Shown: positions 11,575-22,039 of the stretch, piece by piece | Layout: each line of letters begins with the position of its first letter | How positions within the stretch are numbered: the first letter of the stretch is position 1 | Assembly: GCF_001194135.2 (NCBI RefSeq) | Contig: NC_068985.1 | Span: 22,927,031-22,960,269 of the forward strand | Source of the DNA: Octopus bimaculoides | Lineage: Eukaryota | DNA: 33,239 nt | Reading direction: 5' to 3' | The notes under the pieces: model-generated | Database searches by the model: none | What the model was told of the DNA's origin: nothing | What the model saw: the letters and a program-made list of their open reading frames with translations, nothing else | Translations under genes and position numbers: made by a program

Positions 11575-12374
11575 ATGCACACACACACACACACACAGAG
11601 ACAGACAGACAGACAGACAGTGTATTTAACTGTAATTAGTAGACACTTGTGTACAGTATGAATCACTAATTATGAGCTTTGAAATCCTGGATAACAAAGT
11701 CTCCTGTACATGTGTACTGTTCTGTTTTTCAGCATTAGGATGTATAGAGAAAAACATGCTTAGATGGATTTATTATAATTGCTATCTAAAATGCATTGGA
11801 AAAGTTCATGTATTTTTCCAAACACTAAGAAAATTCAAATGTGCCCTTTAAAATTTTCTGGTGTAGTCTATAAGAACGTATCTGTTGTAAAATCAACCCA
11901 TGAAAAGCAAACCAGCATGAAAGATAATAAAAATAGTTGCAGAATGTAAATAGCATTTAAATACTTTTACTATCAAATAGTTCCAATCTTTCAATAGTGA
12001 CATTTCATTATAATAATTACAGTATTTCAAAAAAGAATTTTTTTTTTTTTTCTTCAGTTTATTTTTCCATTTTGTTAAAGACATAATGGCAGTATTTACA
12101 TAATAATAACCTTAGTAATTATTTACCAATTTAATTTTCACATTGAATAATTCAAATTGTATCTTCAATAATGAAAGGATTATTCTATGGATATGTCATC
12201 TTTGTGGTTACATGTCATTAAATGTTGTATATCAGAATAGAGTGTTAGACAATAGAAATATATGTTTTGTTGTCAGAGGTTTTAATACATGACTGTGTTG
12301 ATAGAGTAGATAGATGTATTGACTGGTAGATATATCAACAGATTCATAGATATATTGGTTTTAAATGTTTGTAG

Positions 12375-12572
12375 TACAAGGTCAGCAATTTCTAAGTGGG
12401 AGCTAAATTGATTACATCAACCCTAGTGTTCAGCTGGTACTAATTTTATCAATCTTGAAGAGATGAAAGGCAAAGTCAACCTCAGTGGAATCTGAGCTCA
12501 GAACATTAAACACAGATAGAATACTGCCAAGCATTTTGCCTGGCATGCTAATGCTTCAACCAGCTCATTGCC
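12375..12572 (-). mobile_element. tRNA-derived SINE, family A
   Basis: Reverse complement has a tRNA-like head (gagctggttgaagcattagc...gttctgagctcagattcc) and the central gactttgcctttcatc...gataaaattagtacc domain shared with 14948 and 30141. Confidence 0.8.
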
Positions 12573-13082
12573 TTCAGATCAATAGATACATTGATAGATA
12601 GATAGGTAGTTAAGTGGAGTTGTGGTTAGATGAATAGGTGTTGGATAGATAAGCAGATAGAGGAAAGTTCAGATCAATGTGTTTCCTTTTTTGTATTTGA
12701 TTTGCAAGATTCTTGATTTGGACTGTTAGAATAGATTTTTATTGTAACTTTTTATGCCAAAACCAAACACACTCCAGTGCATGTGCTTATTACTGATATA
12801 ACGACCCTCCCAGATACAGCAACATCAATAACTACAGAGAAAGGTAAATAGACAGGTTGATTTATTAGATGTTTAGTTAAAATAAAATAACCTCAGTTAG
12901 TAAATAAGTGTAGTCCGCTTGTGGCTGGGTGTGCTATTAAGTAATGTTTCTGTAATTACATGGCTGCATGCACCTTGCATCTGATGAAGGATCTTAAATT
13001 CAAAAGTACTTACAACCAAACAACAGCAACATACATATGCAGTAATAACACTCAGTCTACAGTTATTTGTTAATTAACTGAT

Positions 13083-13190
13083 AGGCACAGTCATAGCTGT
13101 GTAGTAAGAAGTTTGCTTCTTAACCACATAATTCCAGGTTCAGTCCCACAGCATGGCACCTTAGAAAGTGTCATCTACTATAGCCTTAGG
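13083..13190 (+). mobile_element. tRNA-derived SINE, family C (truncated)
   Basis: gctgtgtagtaagaagtttgcttc..aaccaca..ggttcagtccca..ggcacctt. Related copies at about 16985-17097 (-), 20625-20770 (+), 20965-21088 (-) and 28380-28465 (+). Confidence 0.7.
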
Positions 13191-13764
13191 ATTGGATTTG
13201 TACATACGTGTATGTGTGTGTATGTCTTTGTGTCTGTGTTTGTCCTCCAGCCATTCTGCTGCCACTGTAACTGTTGGTACTGTTCTCTCTGTTCTTGATG
13301 CACTGCTGCTGCCTCCACCATTACCACTGCCATTGCTGTTGCTATTGCTGCTGTTGTTGGCAGATGTGTCATTGCTGCCTAGACTGTTATACAAGAAGAA
13401 CATTGTTGACAGTGACTTTGAAGTTTCGGCCAGCTTAGCCATCATTAAATGAATAATAAATTTGTACTCTACAAAAGTATAGAGTAACCAATTAGATTAA
13501 TTAAAAGTTGTTTTTATTACAATTGAACATAAAACATACATTAATACACACACACAGACACACTCACACACACACACACAATACTTTATAGGGACCATGT
13601 AGATCGTGATTATTAGATCATTAGCATCCACTATACAGTTGGCTAGTTGTGTATCTGACAATGAGACAGGGTGTTATATTATAATACAATATACATGTAA
13701 TCAATAGATAACTTACTTCCATAGCATGTGTCACACTGAACTGTAATAGTCCATTTTTGTTTTG

Positions 13765-13815
<51 letters not shown>

Positions 13816-14053
13816 CATAATCATCATCATTTTCACCATCGTTTAACATCTGCTTTCCATGTTGGCATGACATATATATTTGTACATATATTGGCAATTT
13901 ATATACATAAACATGTATACATGTGTCTTGTGTCTGTGTTTGTGCTTGGAGAAAATAGCTAATAAAATGGTATACAGAATGTAGGTGACATGTAATACAT
14001 TGAATAAATATTTGAATATTTGTAATTAAACATATTTATTTTTTATTTTTTAG

Positions 14054-14086
14054 TGTGCACATTTGAGAGGAAGGGAAAAAGCAAAA
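14054..14086 (+). CDS. Predicted micro-exon A1, CAHLRGREKAK (33 nt, phase 0/0)
   Basis: Acceptor ttttattttttag, donor gtaagt, and a paralogous copy at 17844 with conserved splice sites but non-conserved flanks. Confidence 0.72.
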
Positions 14087-14947
14087 GTAAGTGTTGAGTT
14101 ATATTCCTTTATCTCTTGCAGGCACTCATCCACACACACACACACACACACACACACATGCAGATATTCACACTTAATCTTATGATGCACATGCAACATA
14201 CAAACAAACAAGTACAAGCAAGCACTCGCACCTCCAGACTAAAAAACAAATTACACGCATGCACTTATATGTACAAATACAAGTGGACACATACATGTAA
14301 CCACGCACACATATATATCGTCATGTTCATCTTCCAGTGTGACATGGACCATCTAGTCATCCTCAGGGATGACTGATGACTTGTGCAGTGATTTGGTTTA
14401 AAGTGAAGAAGAATTGCATAATGTCAGCTCCATTCTCTTGTCCATAACCATCTTTAATCCAGTAACAAGATCAGGTCGAAACAGTTAGGGATGAAGTTGG
14501 ATGCAATGGATAACCAAGATGTCTTTTGCCTCATTTGGTTCCCTGTGCCCCACAATGCATTGCTGCAACCACTTACCCCTTTGTTCAACCATGAAACTTT
14601 TTCTGCAGTGTCTGCCAGATCATGTCTGCACAGGCATAAGTAGCTAGGCCCTAATATGTTAATTAACCAATAGCTGTAACCCTGACAGATGCTTCTGCTC
14701 TGGGTTAAAGTTGACCTGATAACAGTAGTGACTAAGAGGTGCTTCCACATTCATCAAAACACTGGTAACTCCCAAACAAGAGTCCCACTATTGGATGCAG
14801 TTTGAAGTCAGACTCAGGACTACACACACATATATAACAACATAAGCACATGCATAAACAAAATGTATTCTTGCATATATGAATACAAATATACAACCAA
14901 TGCATGCACGCAAGCATACACACTGTTGATATCTAATGTATATAAGT

Positions 14948-15160
14948 TGGCTAACTGGCAGAATTGTTTGCATGTTGGGTGAAATGCTTAGCAGCATTTT
15001 TTCCATCTTTACGTTCTGAGTTCAAATTCTGCCAAGGTCAATTTTGGCTTCCATCCTTTCAGGATTGATAAAATGAGTACAAGTTGAACACTGGGGTTGA
15101 TTAATTGACTATTCACCATCCCTAAAATTGCTGGCCTTGTGCCAAAATTTGAAACCAATA
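14948..15160 (+). mobile_element. tRNA-derived SINE, family A
   Basis: Same head and central domain as 12375-12572. Confidence 0.8.
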
Positions 15161-15223
15161 TTTAATGTATATATTTATTCTGACTACGAAAACTCATTGT
15201 TCCTTTAATTTTTGTCATTGCAG

Positions 15224-15259
15224 TGCTTGAAAGAGGCCCGCAACTCCAATAAGAAAAGA
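15224..15259 (+). CDS. Predicted micro-exon B1, CLKEARNSNKKR (36 nt, phase 0/0)
   Basis: Strong acceptor tttaatttttgtcattgcag and donor gtaaga. Only phase 0 stays open to the donor. Resembles 18262-18300. Confidence 0.6.
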
Positions 15260-15619
15260 GTAAGAAGAAATATGTAGTGCACCTGAGCACAGCATACAAT
15301 AAGTTTATTCTTTTAACATGAAACAACTTATAATATTAATTTTGTTTTCTTTAGTAAATTTAAGTAATTTTTGCTTCACTGTATTTTAAGGTACCAAACA
15401 TTATATGGAAGAATTCAAATTACGATGAACGTAAACTAGAAGCGTTGAGATGCCTTAGAAAGTTAAAGAAGTTATTTTAAATTCTCAAATTTCAGCAAAA
15501 TAGGGGTAGCTTATCCTATTCAGGCTATATTATTAGCATTATCCTGCGTTTGAGAATTTAAAATAACTTCTTTAACTTTCATTATATGAAAGATTTTGAA
15601 ATCATTTTGTATTTTTATT

Positions 15620-15840
15620 TTTTACTTGTTTTGGCATTGGTGTGCAGCCATGCTGGAGCACTACCTTGAAGTGTTTAGTCAATTAAATTGACCCTACTAA
15701 CTATTTATTCATTTATTTATTTCTTTTTAAGTTTGATACTTATTTTATTGGTCTCTTTGGCTGAACTGATAAGTTATGGATATGTAAACAAACCAACACT
15801 GGTTGTCAAGCAGTTGGGAGACAAACACAAACATAAAAAC
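15620..15840 (-). mobile_element. SINE-like repeat, family D
   Basis: Reverse-complement homology to 8755 and 16411. Confidence 0.75.
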
Positions 15841-16060
15841 ACATACACACATACATACATACATACATACATACATACGTACATACATACATACATGCAT
15901 ACATATATGCGTACATACATACATACATACATGCATACATATATGCGTACATACATACATACATGCATACATATATGCGTACATACATACATACATGCAT
16001 ACATATATGCGTACATACATACATACATACATGCATACATACGTACATACATACATACAT
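15841..16060. repeat. (ACAT)n array with a higher-order 32/36-bp unit ending in gcatacatatatgcgt
   Basis: Four full units plus a partial fifth at 15881-16044. Confidence 0.85.
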
Positions 16061-16062
16061 AT

Positions 16063-16368
16063 CATCATCATCATCATTTAACGTCAGCTTTCCATGCTGG
16101 CATGGGTGGGACGATTTGACTGAGGACTGGTGAGCCAGAAAGCTGCACCAGGCTCCAATTTTATCTGGCAGAGTTTCTACAGCTGGATGCCCTTCCTAAC
16201 ACCAACCACTCTGAGAGTGTAGTGGATGCTTTTTACATGCCACCGGCACGAGGGCCAGTCCGGTGGTACTGGCAACGGCGACACTCAAATGGTGTTTTTA
16301 CGTGCCACCTGCACAGGAGTCAGTCCAATGTTTTGTTCACATGCCACCGGCACAAGTGCCAGTAAGAC
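16063..16368 (-). mobile_element. RTE 3' UTR fragment with (GAT)n tail
   Basis: Reverse complement of 25560-25825. Similar fragments at 22040-22290 (-) and 13812-13868 (-). Confidence 0.85.
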
Positions 16369-16372
16369 ATAG

Positions 16373-16405
<33 letters not shown>

Positions 16406-16410
16406 ACATA

Positions 16411-16612
16411 TATGTCTGTGTTTGTATCTCCCACCATCACTTGACAACCAATGCTGGAATGTTTATGTCCCAGCAACTTAGTGGTTCGGCAAAAGAGACT
16501 GATGGAATAAGTACTAGGCTTACAAAGAATAAGTTCTGGGGTCAATTTGTTCAACTAAAGGCAGTGCTCCAGTATGGCCACAGTCAAATGACTAAAACAA
16601 ATAAAAGAGTAA
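16411..16612 (+). mobile_element. SINE-like repeat, family D
   Basis: Near full-length copy ending gtgctccagtatggccacagtcaaatgact. Confidence 0.8.
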
Positions 16613-16670
16613 AACAACTGTTGTACAAAATAAAGATTAATACCAAATCCATCTTCTGGTTACTTAAGAA

Positions 16671-16705
<35 letters not shown>

Positions 16706-17574
16706 CATTATTATAGCAATCTAGCTTGTTAGGAAAATCTCTGATAGAAACCAAAGCAGTAATTATACTGCTGAGAAGTAATGTTTATTGCTGCCTAATA
16801 TAAGTGTTCTATAAGAACAGATGATACTGCAATTTCAACCATAGGAGAACGCTTCCTCCAGCTGGTTATTTAGTGCACTTCAAGTGAGAAAACAACTCTC
16901 TAATATTCTAGGTCAGAGATTACCAAATCACATGATTTTTTATCTTATTTTGATTCTGAACATTCTCAGTGATGGATATTTGTCTGCTATCACTTTGTCC
17001 TAGGCTTTAATAGCAGAGACTTGCCCAAAGTGCTGTGTAGTGAGACTAAACCCAAAATTATATGGTTATTAAGCAAGCTTCTTTGCTATACAGGCCAAAA
17101 CAAATTTATAATATTGTGATAGAATTCTTTAGTATATGTTTCAATTAATTTTTGCTTCACTATATTTTAAAGTATCAAACATCACATGGTATGTATTTTG
17201 AAATCCTTTTGTGACTATATTTTTAATTAGAGACTGTCTATGTTTCAATTCATTTTCAGTTTACTCAAGGTTTTGGTAAGACTCTAGCAAAATATCCAAC
17301 TTTATATACTGTTATATATCATATATTTTATTTCAATATCCATATGTGTCTCATTGATGTTGTGATGTTACATTTCACTTGGATTTTAAAAGTGAGCTCG
17401 CAGTTATTGATATCTACTCTTGAAAGGGCCTTCCATTACACTCACATATATTAATATTTATCTTGCCTTGCTTGGGTCATATGATAGTAGCTTTATCTCA
17501 TACATAACAAATTTTGTGTTACACTGACTAATTAGTGGGCATACACACAAGTGTGTCATTTGTTCCTGTGTGTA

Positions 17575-17625
<51 letters not shown>

Positions 17626-17843
17626 GCATGCATAAATATTTATATTCAGTAAATGATGCTATTAAATATTTCGCTGATTTTGTTAAATCTTGTATTTATT
17701 ACTATTTATTAATTGCATGTAAAAGCCAGCAAAATACATAAATAGTTTATTTTTATTTACCATTAACAACAAAATTTAGACAATAGAAATTCGTACCACA
17801 AATTATTCATTTTTGTAATTATGACTTAAATGTCTATTTGTAG

Positions 17844-17876
17844 TGTGCAGATTTGAGAGGAAGAGAAAGAGCAGAA
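17844..17876 (+). CDS. Predicted micro-exon A2, CADLRGRERAE (33 nt, phase 0/0)
   Basis: Acceptor tctatttgtag, donor gtgagt, paralog of 14054-14086. Confidence 0.72.
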
Positions 17877-18261
17877 GTGAGTATAGTTTTGTAATATGAG
17901 ATAAACACTCACATTGATACATATTGCTCACATGCACACTAATACATAACTGTTTAACCATGCATAATTACAGTAACACATTCAAATAGAGAAATATACT
18001 TATAAAAGAAAAATATACATTGATCTACACTTAAACATATGCCCATAACAAACATATAAACAGCTTACACATGCAAATAATCACTAGAAACATACCAGCA
18101 CACAAGTAACATGCATGCTCACACAAACACAAATAGACATGCACAAACACAGCAAATTAAAAAAAAAACGGCAGGAACTTAGATGCCAATCCAATATATT
18201 AAATAATTTCTGGATTTTGGAGACCAGAATTCATTGCTTATTTCTTTTCTTATCATTCCAG

Positions 18262-18300
18262 TGTATGAAAAGGGGTCCTGCTCCAAATACCAACACATTG
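18262..18300 (+). CDS. Predicted micro-exon B2, CMKRGPAPNTNTL (39 nt, phase 0/0)
   Basis: Acceptor tttcttttcttatcattccag and donor TTG|GTAAGA. Starts C-(L/M)-K like B1. Confidence 0.65.
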
Positions 18301-18569
18301 GTAAGAATAAATATTAAACCCTTTACATAAATGTTTTACATACTTTTAAGACTGGTATACACTCAATAATTCTGTCAAGAGTTTATGAAATATAAACTTC
18401 TATTCAACCTTTTTAAATGGAAGTAAATCACTTTACTGATACAATACTGAAATAAGCAAATACATAAAGTGGCAGACACAGAATGTATTTAGTAGTATCA
18501 GGTCATACTGTTTGGTATGTATTCATGTGCATGTGTATATAGATATATATTGTTTGATAAGTGCCAATG

Positions 18570-19040
18570 CATGAAACTCTCAGACCTTGAGTTACTCTGC
18601 TACTTCTTGGGAGCTGTGCAGAGCCATCCTTTTACGTAGACTGTTTTTGTTTGGCCTATGTATTGTTCTTGACACCCAGAGCAAGTTAGTGCATACATCA
18701 GGTTCTCTGAAGCACATGTGAAGCTGCTTTTCACTGTGAAACATTGTCCTTGTTTGAAGGAGAACTCTGATCCCTCAGTTAAATTGTTACATATCCCACA
18801 GTTGGGTCTTCCGCATTTTTTTACTGATGGCTTCTGTGTTGTTGTTGAACGTATTCAGGCTTGTGTTAGGAGACTTTTCATAGATTTGGGTTGTCTCTTG
18901 CTTTTTATGATGGTGTGTGTTTGGAGGATTAAGTTCATTCTGTGGTCCTTCCAGTGGTCTCTTCCAGTGGTCTCTTCCAGTGGTCTCTTCCAGTTATTTT
19001 CGATGTAGAGGGAGAATGGGCCGCCATATTTTTCTAGAAA
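18570..19040 (-). mobile_element. Penelope-like element fragment (Cys-rich linker plus GIY-YIG endonuclease start; Neptune-like)
   Basis: Minus strand reads IIKSKRQPKSMKSLLT..KKCGRPNCGIC..EGSEFSF..FTCASENLMYALTCSGCQEQYIGQT, then after a frameshift LRKRM. Interrupted by a 13-bp tandem expansion at 18951-18993. Confidence 0.85.
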
Positions 19041-19235
19041 AATGTTATTGCCTGTATCCTATCAGCATAATATGCTTGTATATGAATGCCCAGAGTTAAC
19101 ATAGGTAATTTATACTGGTAGTAAAACAGATCTTCTTATCCCTCAGACAGTTATTCCAACTGCTAACACTATCAACCTTATTATATGTGTGTGTGTGTGT
19201 AATAAAAAAATAATAAACTTTTCATTTTGTTTTAG

Positions 19236-19321
19236 TCTACACCTGAACCTGACATTGAAGAAAAAAATGTAACCTTAGCAAGGGCTGCCTTTTATGAACC
19301 TCTTGGCCACAGCCACATCAA
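19236..19321 (+). CDS. Predicted linker exon, STPEPDIEEKNVTLARAAFYEPLGHSHI(K) (86 nt, phase 0 to phase 2)
   Basis: Acceptor ttttcattttgttttag and donor AA|GTAAGA. Only phase 0 is open. Phases fit the micro-exons upstream and the SRCR exon downstream. Confidence 0.55.
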
Positions 19322-19380
19322 GTAAGATTGACAAAACATTCTCAGCCTTTTTGCAGCTTTGAAAATTTCACAAAATCATC

Positions 19381-19545
19381 AGGTGCATGGTTTAGTAGTT
19401 AGGGTGTCAGACTCACAATCATAAGATTGTGGTTTCTATTCCTGGACCGGGTGATGCGTTGTGTTCTTGAGCAAATCACTTCATTTCATGTTGCTCCAGT
19501 CCACTCAGCTAGTAACAATGATTTTAGCCTGTAGAGGGATGAACT
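19381..19545 (+). mobile_element. tRNA-derived SINE, family B (CORE-like central segment)
   Basis: Head gtgcatggtttagtagttaggg, then tgtgttcttgagcaa..cttcatttcatgttgctccagt shared with 23151. Confidence 0.75.
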
Positions 19546-19918
19546 CCACCAGACTTTCTTGCCCTAGATATGCTGCATGGCTGCAGTACCCCAACAACAC
19601 CCAAGGGTTTAAGGGACTTGTCAATTGGCAAATCATCAGATATTTCTTCTGAGAAATTTGAACTCTTAATTCTTTTGCGTTTACCTTTTATTTTTGTTTT
19701 AGATTGTCTTTTGACAAGTATTTGTTGAAGTACATTTGTTGAAGTACATCAATGAAGTACATCAATTTGTTGAAGTACATCAATGTCACAGCAATGTAGC
19801 TGAATGAAAGAAGATAAATTTTTCAAATTACAAAGATTTTTTTAACACCTTGTAATTCTGGCTAATGTTGTTCAATATACACAAATGCACACGTACATTT
19901 GTATACATCTATATCTGC

Positions 19919-19980
<62 letters not shown>

Positions 19981-19989
19981 GTGTGTGTG

Positions 19990-20030
<41 letters not shown>

Positions 20031-20534
20031 TAGTGGAGCGCTAAGAGCAAATTCCGAGCATGATCGTTGCCAGAGCAGCTGACTGGCTTCCATGTCATTC
20101 GAGCATGATTGTTACCAGTGTCGCCTTACTGGCACTTGTGCTGGTGGCACAGGAAAAAATATTCAAGCGAGGTCATTGCCAGTGCTGCTGGACTGGCTCC
20201 TCCACATAAAAAACACCATTTGAGCATGGCCATTGCCAGTACTGCCTGACTGGCCCTTGTGCCGGTGGCACGTAAACGCACTCACTACACTCTTGGAGTG
20301 GTTGGCGTTAGGAAGAGCATCCAGCTGTAGAAACTCTGCCAGATCAGATTGGGGTCTGGTGCAGCCATCTGGTTCGCCAGTCCTCAGTCANNNNNNNNNN
20401 GTTAGGAAGAGCATCCAGCTGTAGAAACTCTGCCAGATCAGATTGGGGTCTGGTGCAGCCATCTGGTTCGCCAGTCCTCAGTCAAATCGTCCAGATCATG
20501 CCAGTATGGAAAGCGGACATTAAACGATGATGAT

Positions 20535-20535
<1 letters not shown>
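20031..20535 (+). mobile_element. RTE 3' UTR fragment with (GAT)n tail; contains an assembly duplication
   Basis: Homologous to 25530-25825. An 84-bp stretch is repeated identically across the 10-N gap. Confidence 0.85.
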
Positions 20536-20573
<38 letters not shown>

Positions 20574-21679
20574 TTGAATACACATAAGCATACATACACA
20601 TATACCCACTCATGTCTTTGCAGTTAAGCTCACTTTGCAACCATGTAGTTTTAGGCTCAGTCCTTCTGTGAGGTAACTTTAGCAAGCATCTTACATTGTA
20701 GCCCCAAGCTGACCAATGCCTTGTAAGTGAATCTGATTGATGGAAACTGTGTGGAAAACCATTGTATGTATGAATCTGTATATGAATGTATGTATGTATG
20801 TATGTATGTATGAACATACATACATATGCATGTGTATATGTGTGTGCATATGTGTGTGTGCTTGATCAGAGTTGGTCAGGGGTTATACAACAAGAAAACA
20901 AGCCAAAGAGGGCTAATGTAGTTGTTGTAGATAAAAAACAAAATTCCTGTATTGTTGTTTGGGTTAACAAGACATTGGTTGACTTCAGGCAATAACAGAA
21001 CACGCTTGCCCAAAGTGCTGTATAATGGTATTGAACCCAAAGCTACATGGTTACAATGCATACATCTTAACCACACAGTTATGCCTGTGGCCTATATATT
21101 GTTATTATTTCAAGGCAACTGATGTTGCAATGCCAATTTACAATGCAGGGAACTGCAAAACAGACTGGGACATTAAGAGCTATGTATATTGACCATGGGA
21201 CCAGGTCCATGTTATTGACAGGAACTACAGACAAGATCCACAACCTGCCAGTTTAGTCATTACCCAACAAACTTGGATAGCACCCTATCAACTTGGTCTT
21301 AGTACCCTACCAACTTAACCAGTACTCTACTATCTTGTGCCCTTCCTCCCTGGTTNNNNNNNNNNNNNNNNNNNNNNNNNNNNNNNNNNNNNNNNNNNNN
21401 NNNNNNNNNNNNNNNNNNNNNNNNNNNNNNNNNNNNNNNNNNNNNNNNNNNNNNNNNNNNNNNNNNNNNNNNNNNNNNNNNNNNNNNNNNNNNNNNNNNN
21501 NNNNNNNNNNNNNNNNNNNNNNNNNNNNNNNNNNNNNNNNNNNNNNNNNNNNNNNNNNNNNNNNNNNNNNNNNNNNNNNNNNNNNNNNNNNNNNNNNAAT
21601 ATTATTTTTATTGTTTCAGTAGTTTTATTTATATCCTATACTTTCACTGTGTAACCAGATACAGTTTTATGTGCTTTAA

Positions 21680-21722
<43 letters not shown>

Positions 21723-22039
21723 GAAATTCTAAACTTGTCTCATTTTCACATTTTATTATTTACAATTTTTACTATTTTACAAAATTATAATAATAGAATA
21801 TCATATATTTATTGATAAAACTATTACTTTCATGTGTTATGCAATCATCAGGTTGATGTAGTAGTACTAGTAGTGACAGTCATGTTCCACAATTGTCAAT
21901 AAAGCTATGCACTTTATGGATATGAAACCATTGGCGCCCTATGATTGATCTCTCTATGAACTGAATATAAATACATTCTTGTTCTATGCTTTAGAGTATG
22001 CTTCTCTTTTGGATATATGATACACTAATGATCTATTAT

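Noticed and set aside
11870-11946. Open frame between AG and GT sites (YKNVSVVKSTHEK...)
   Set aside because: Weak splice sites, incompatible phases (1 to 2) and no recognisable motif.
12500-12572. tRNA-like segments here and at 14948, 19381, 23151, 30141
   Set aside because: SINE heads that cannot form a complete cloverleaf.
13161-13452. 94-aa ORFs on both strands (poly-L/P and S/N/G-rich)
   Set aside because: Low-complexity trinucleotide DNA between a SINE and a hammerhead relic, with no usable splice context.
14087-14120. Strong acceptor-like tract right after micro-exon A1
   Set aside because: It would define a 34-nt intron, which is too short, and it leads into (CA)n.
15688-16119. Cluster of overlapping ORFs
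   Set aside because: Translations of the (ACAT)n array.
19703-19785. Strong acceptor at 19702 followed by gaagtacat tandem repeats
   Set aside because: Only a weak donor (aa|gtattt) for a 15-nt exon, and longer readings hit stops.
21115-21200. GNCKTDWDIKSYVY* resembles SRCR CDDGWD
   Set aside because: Wrong phase, no WG motif, wrong spacing and a stop where the Cys is needed.
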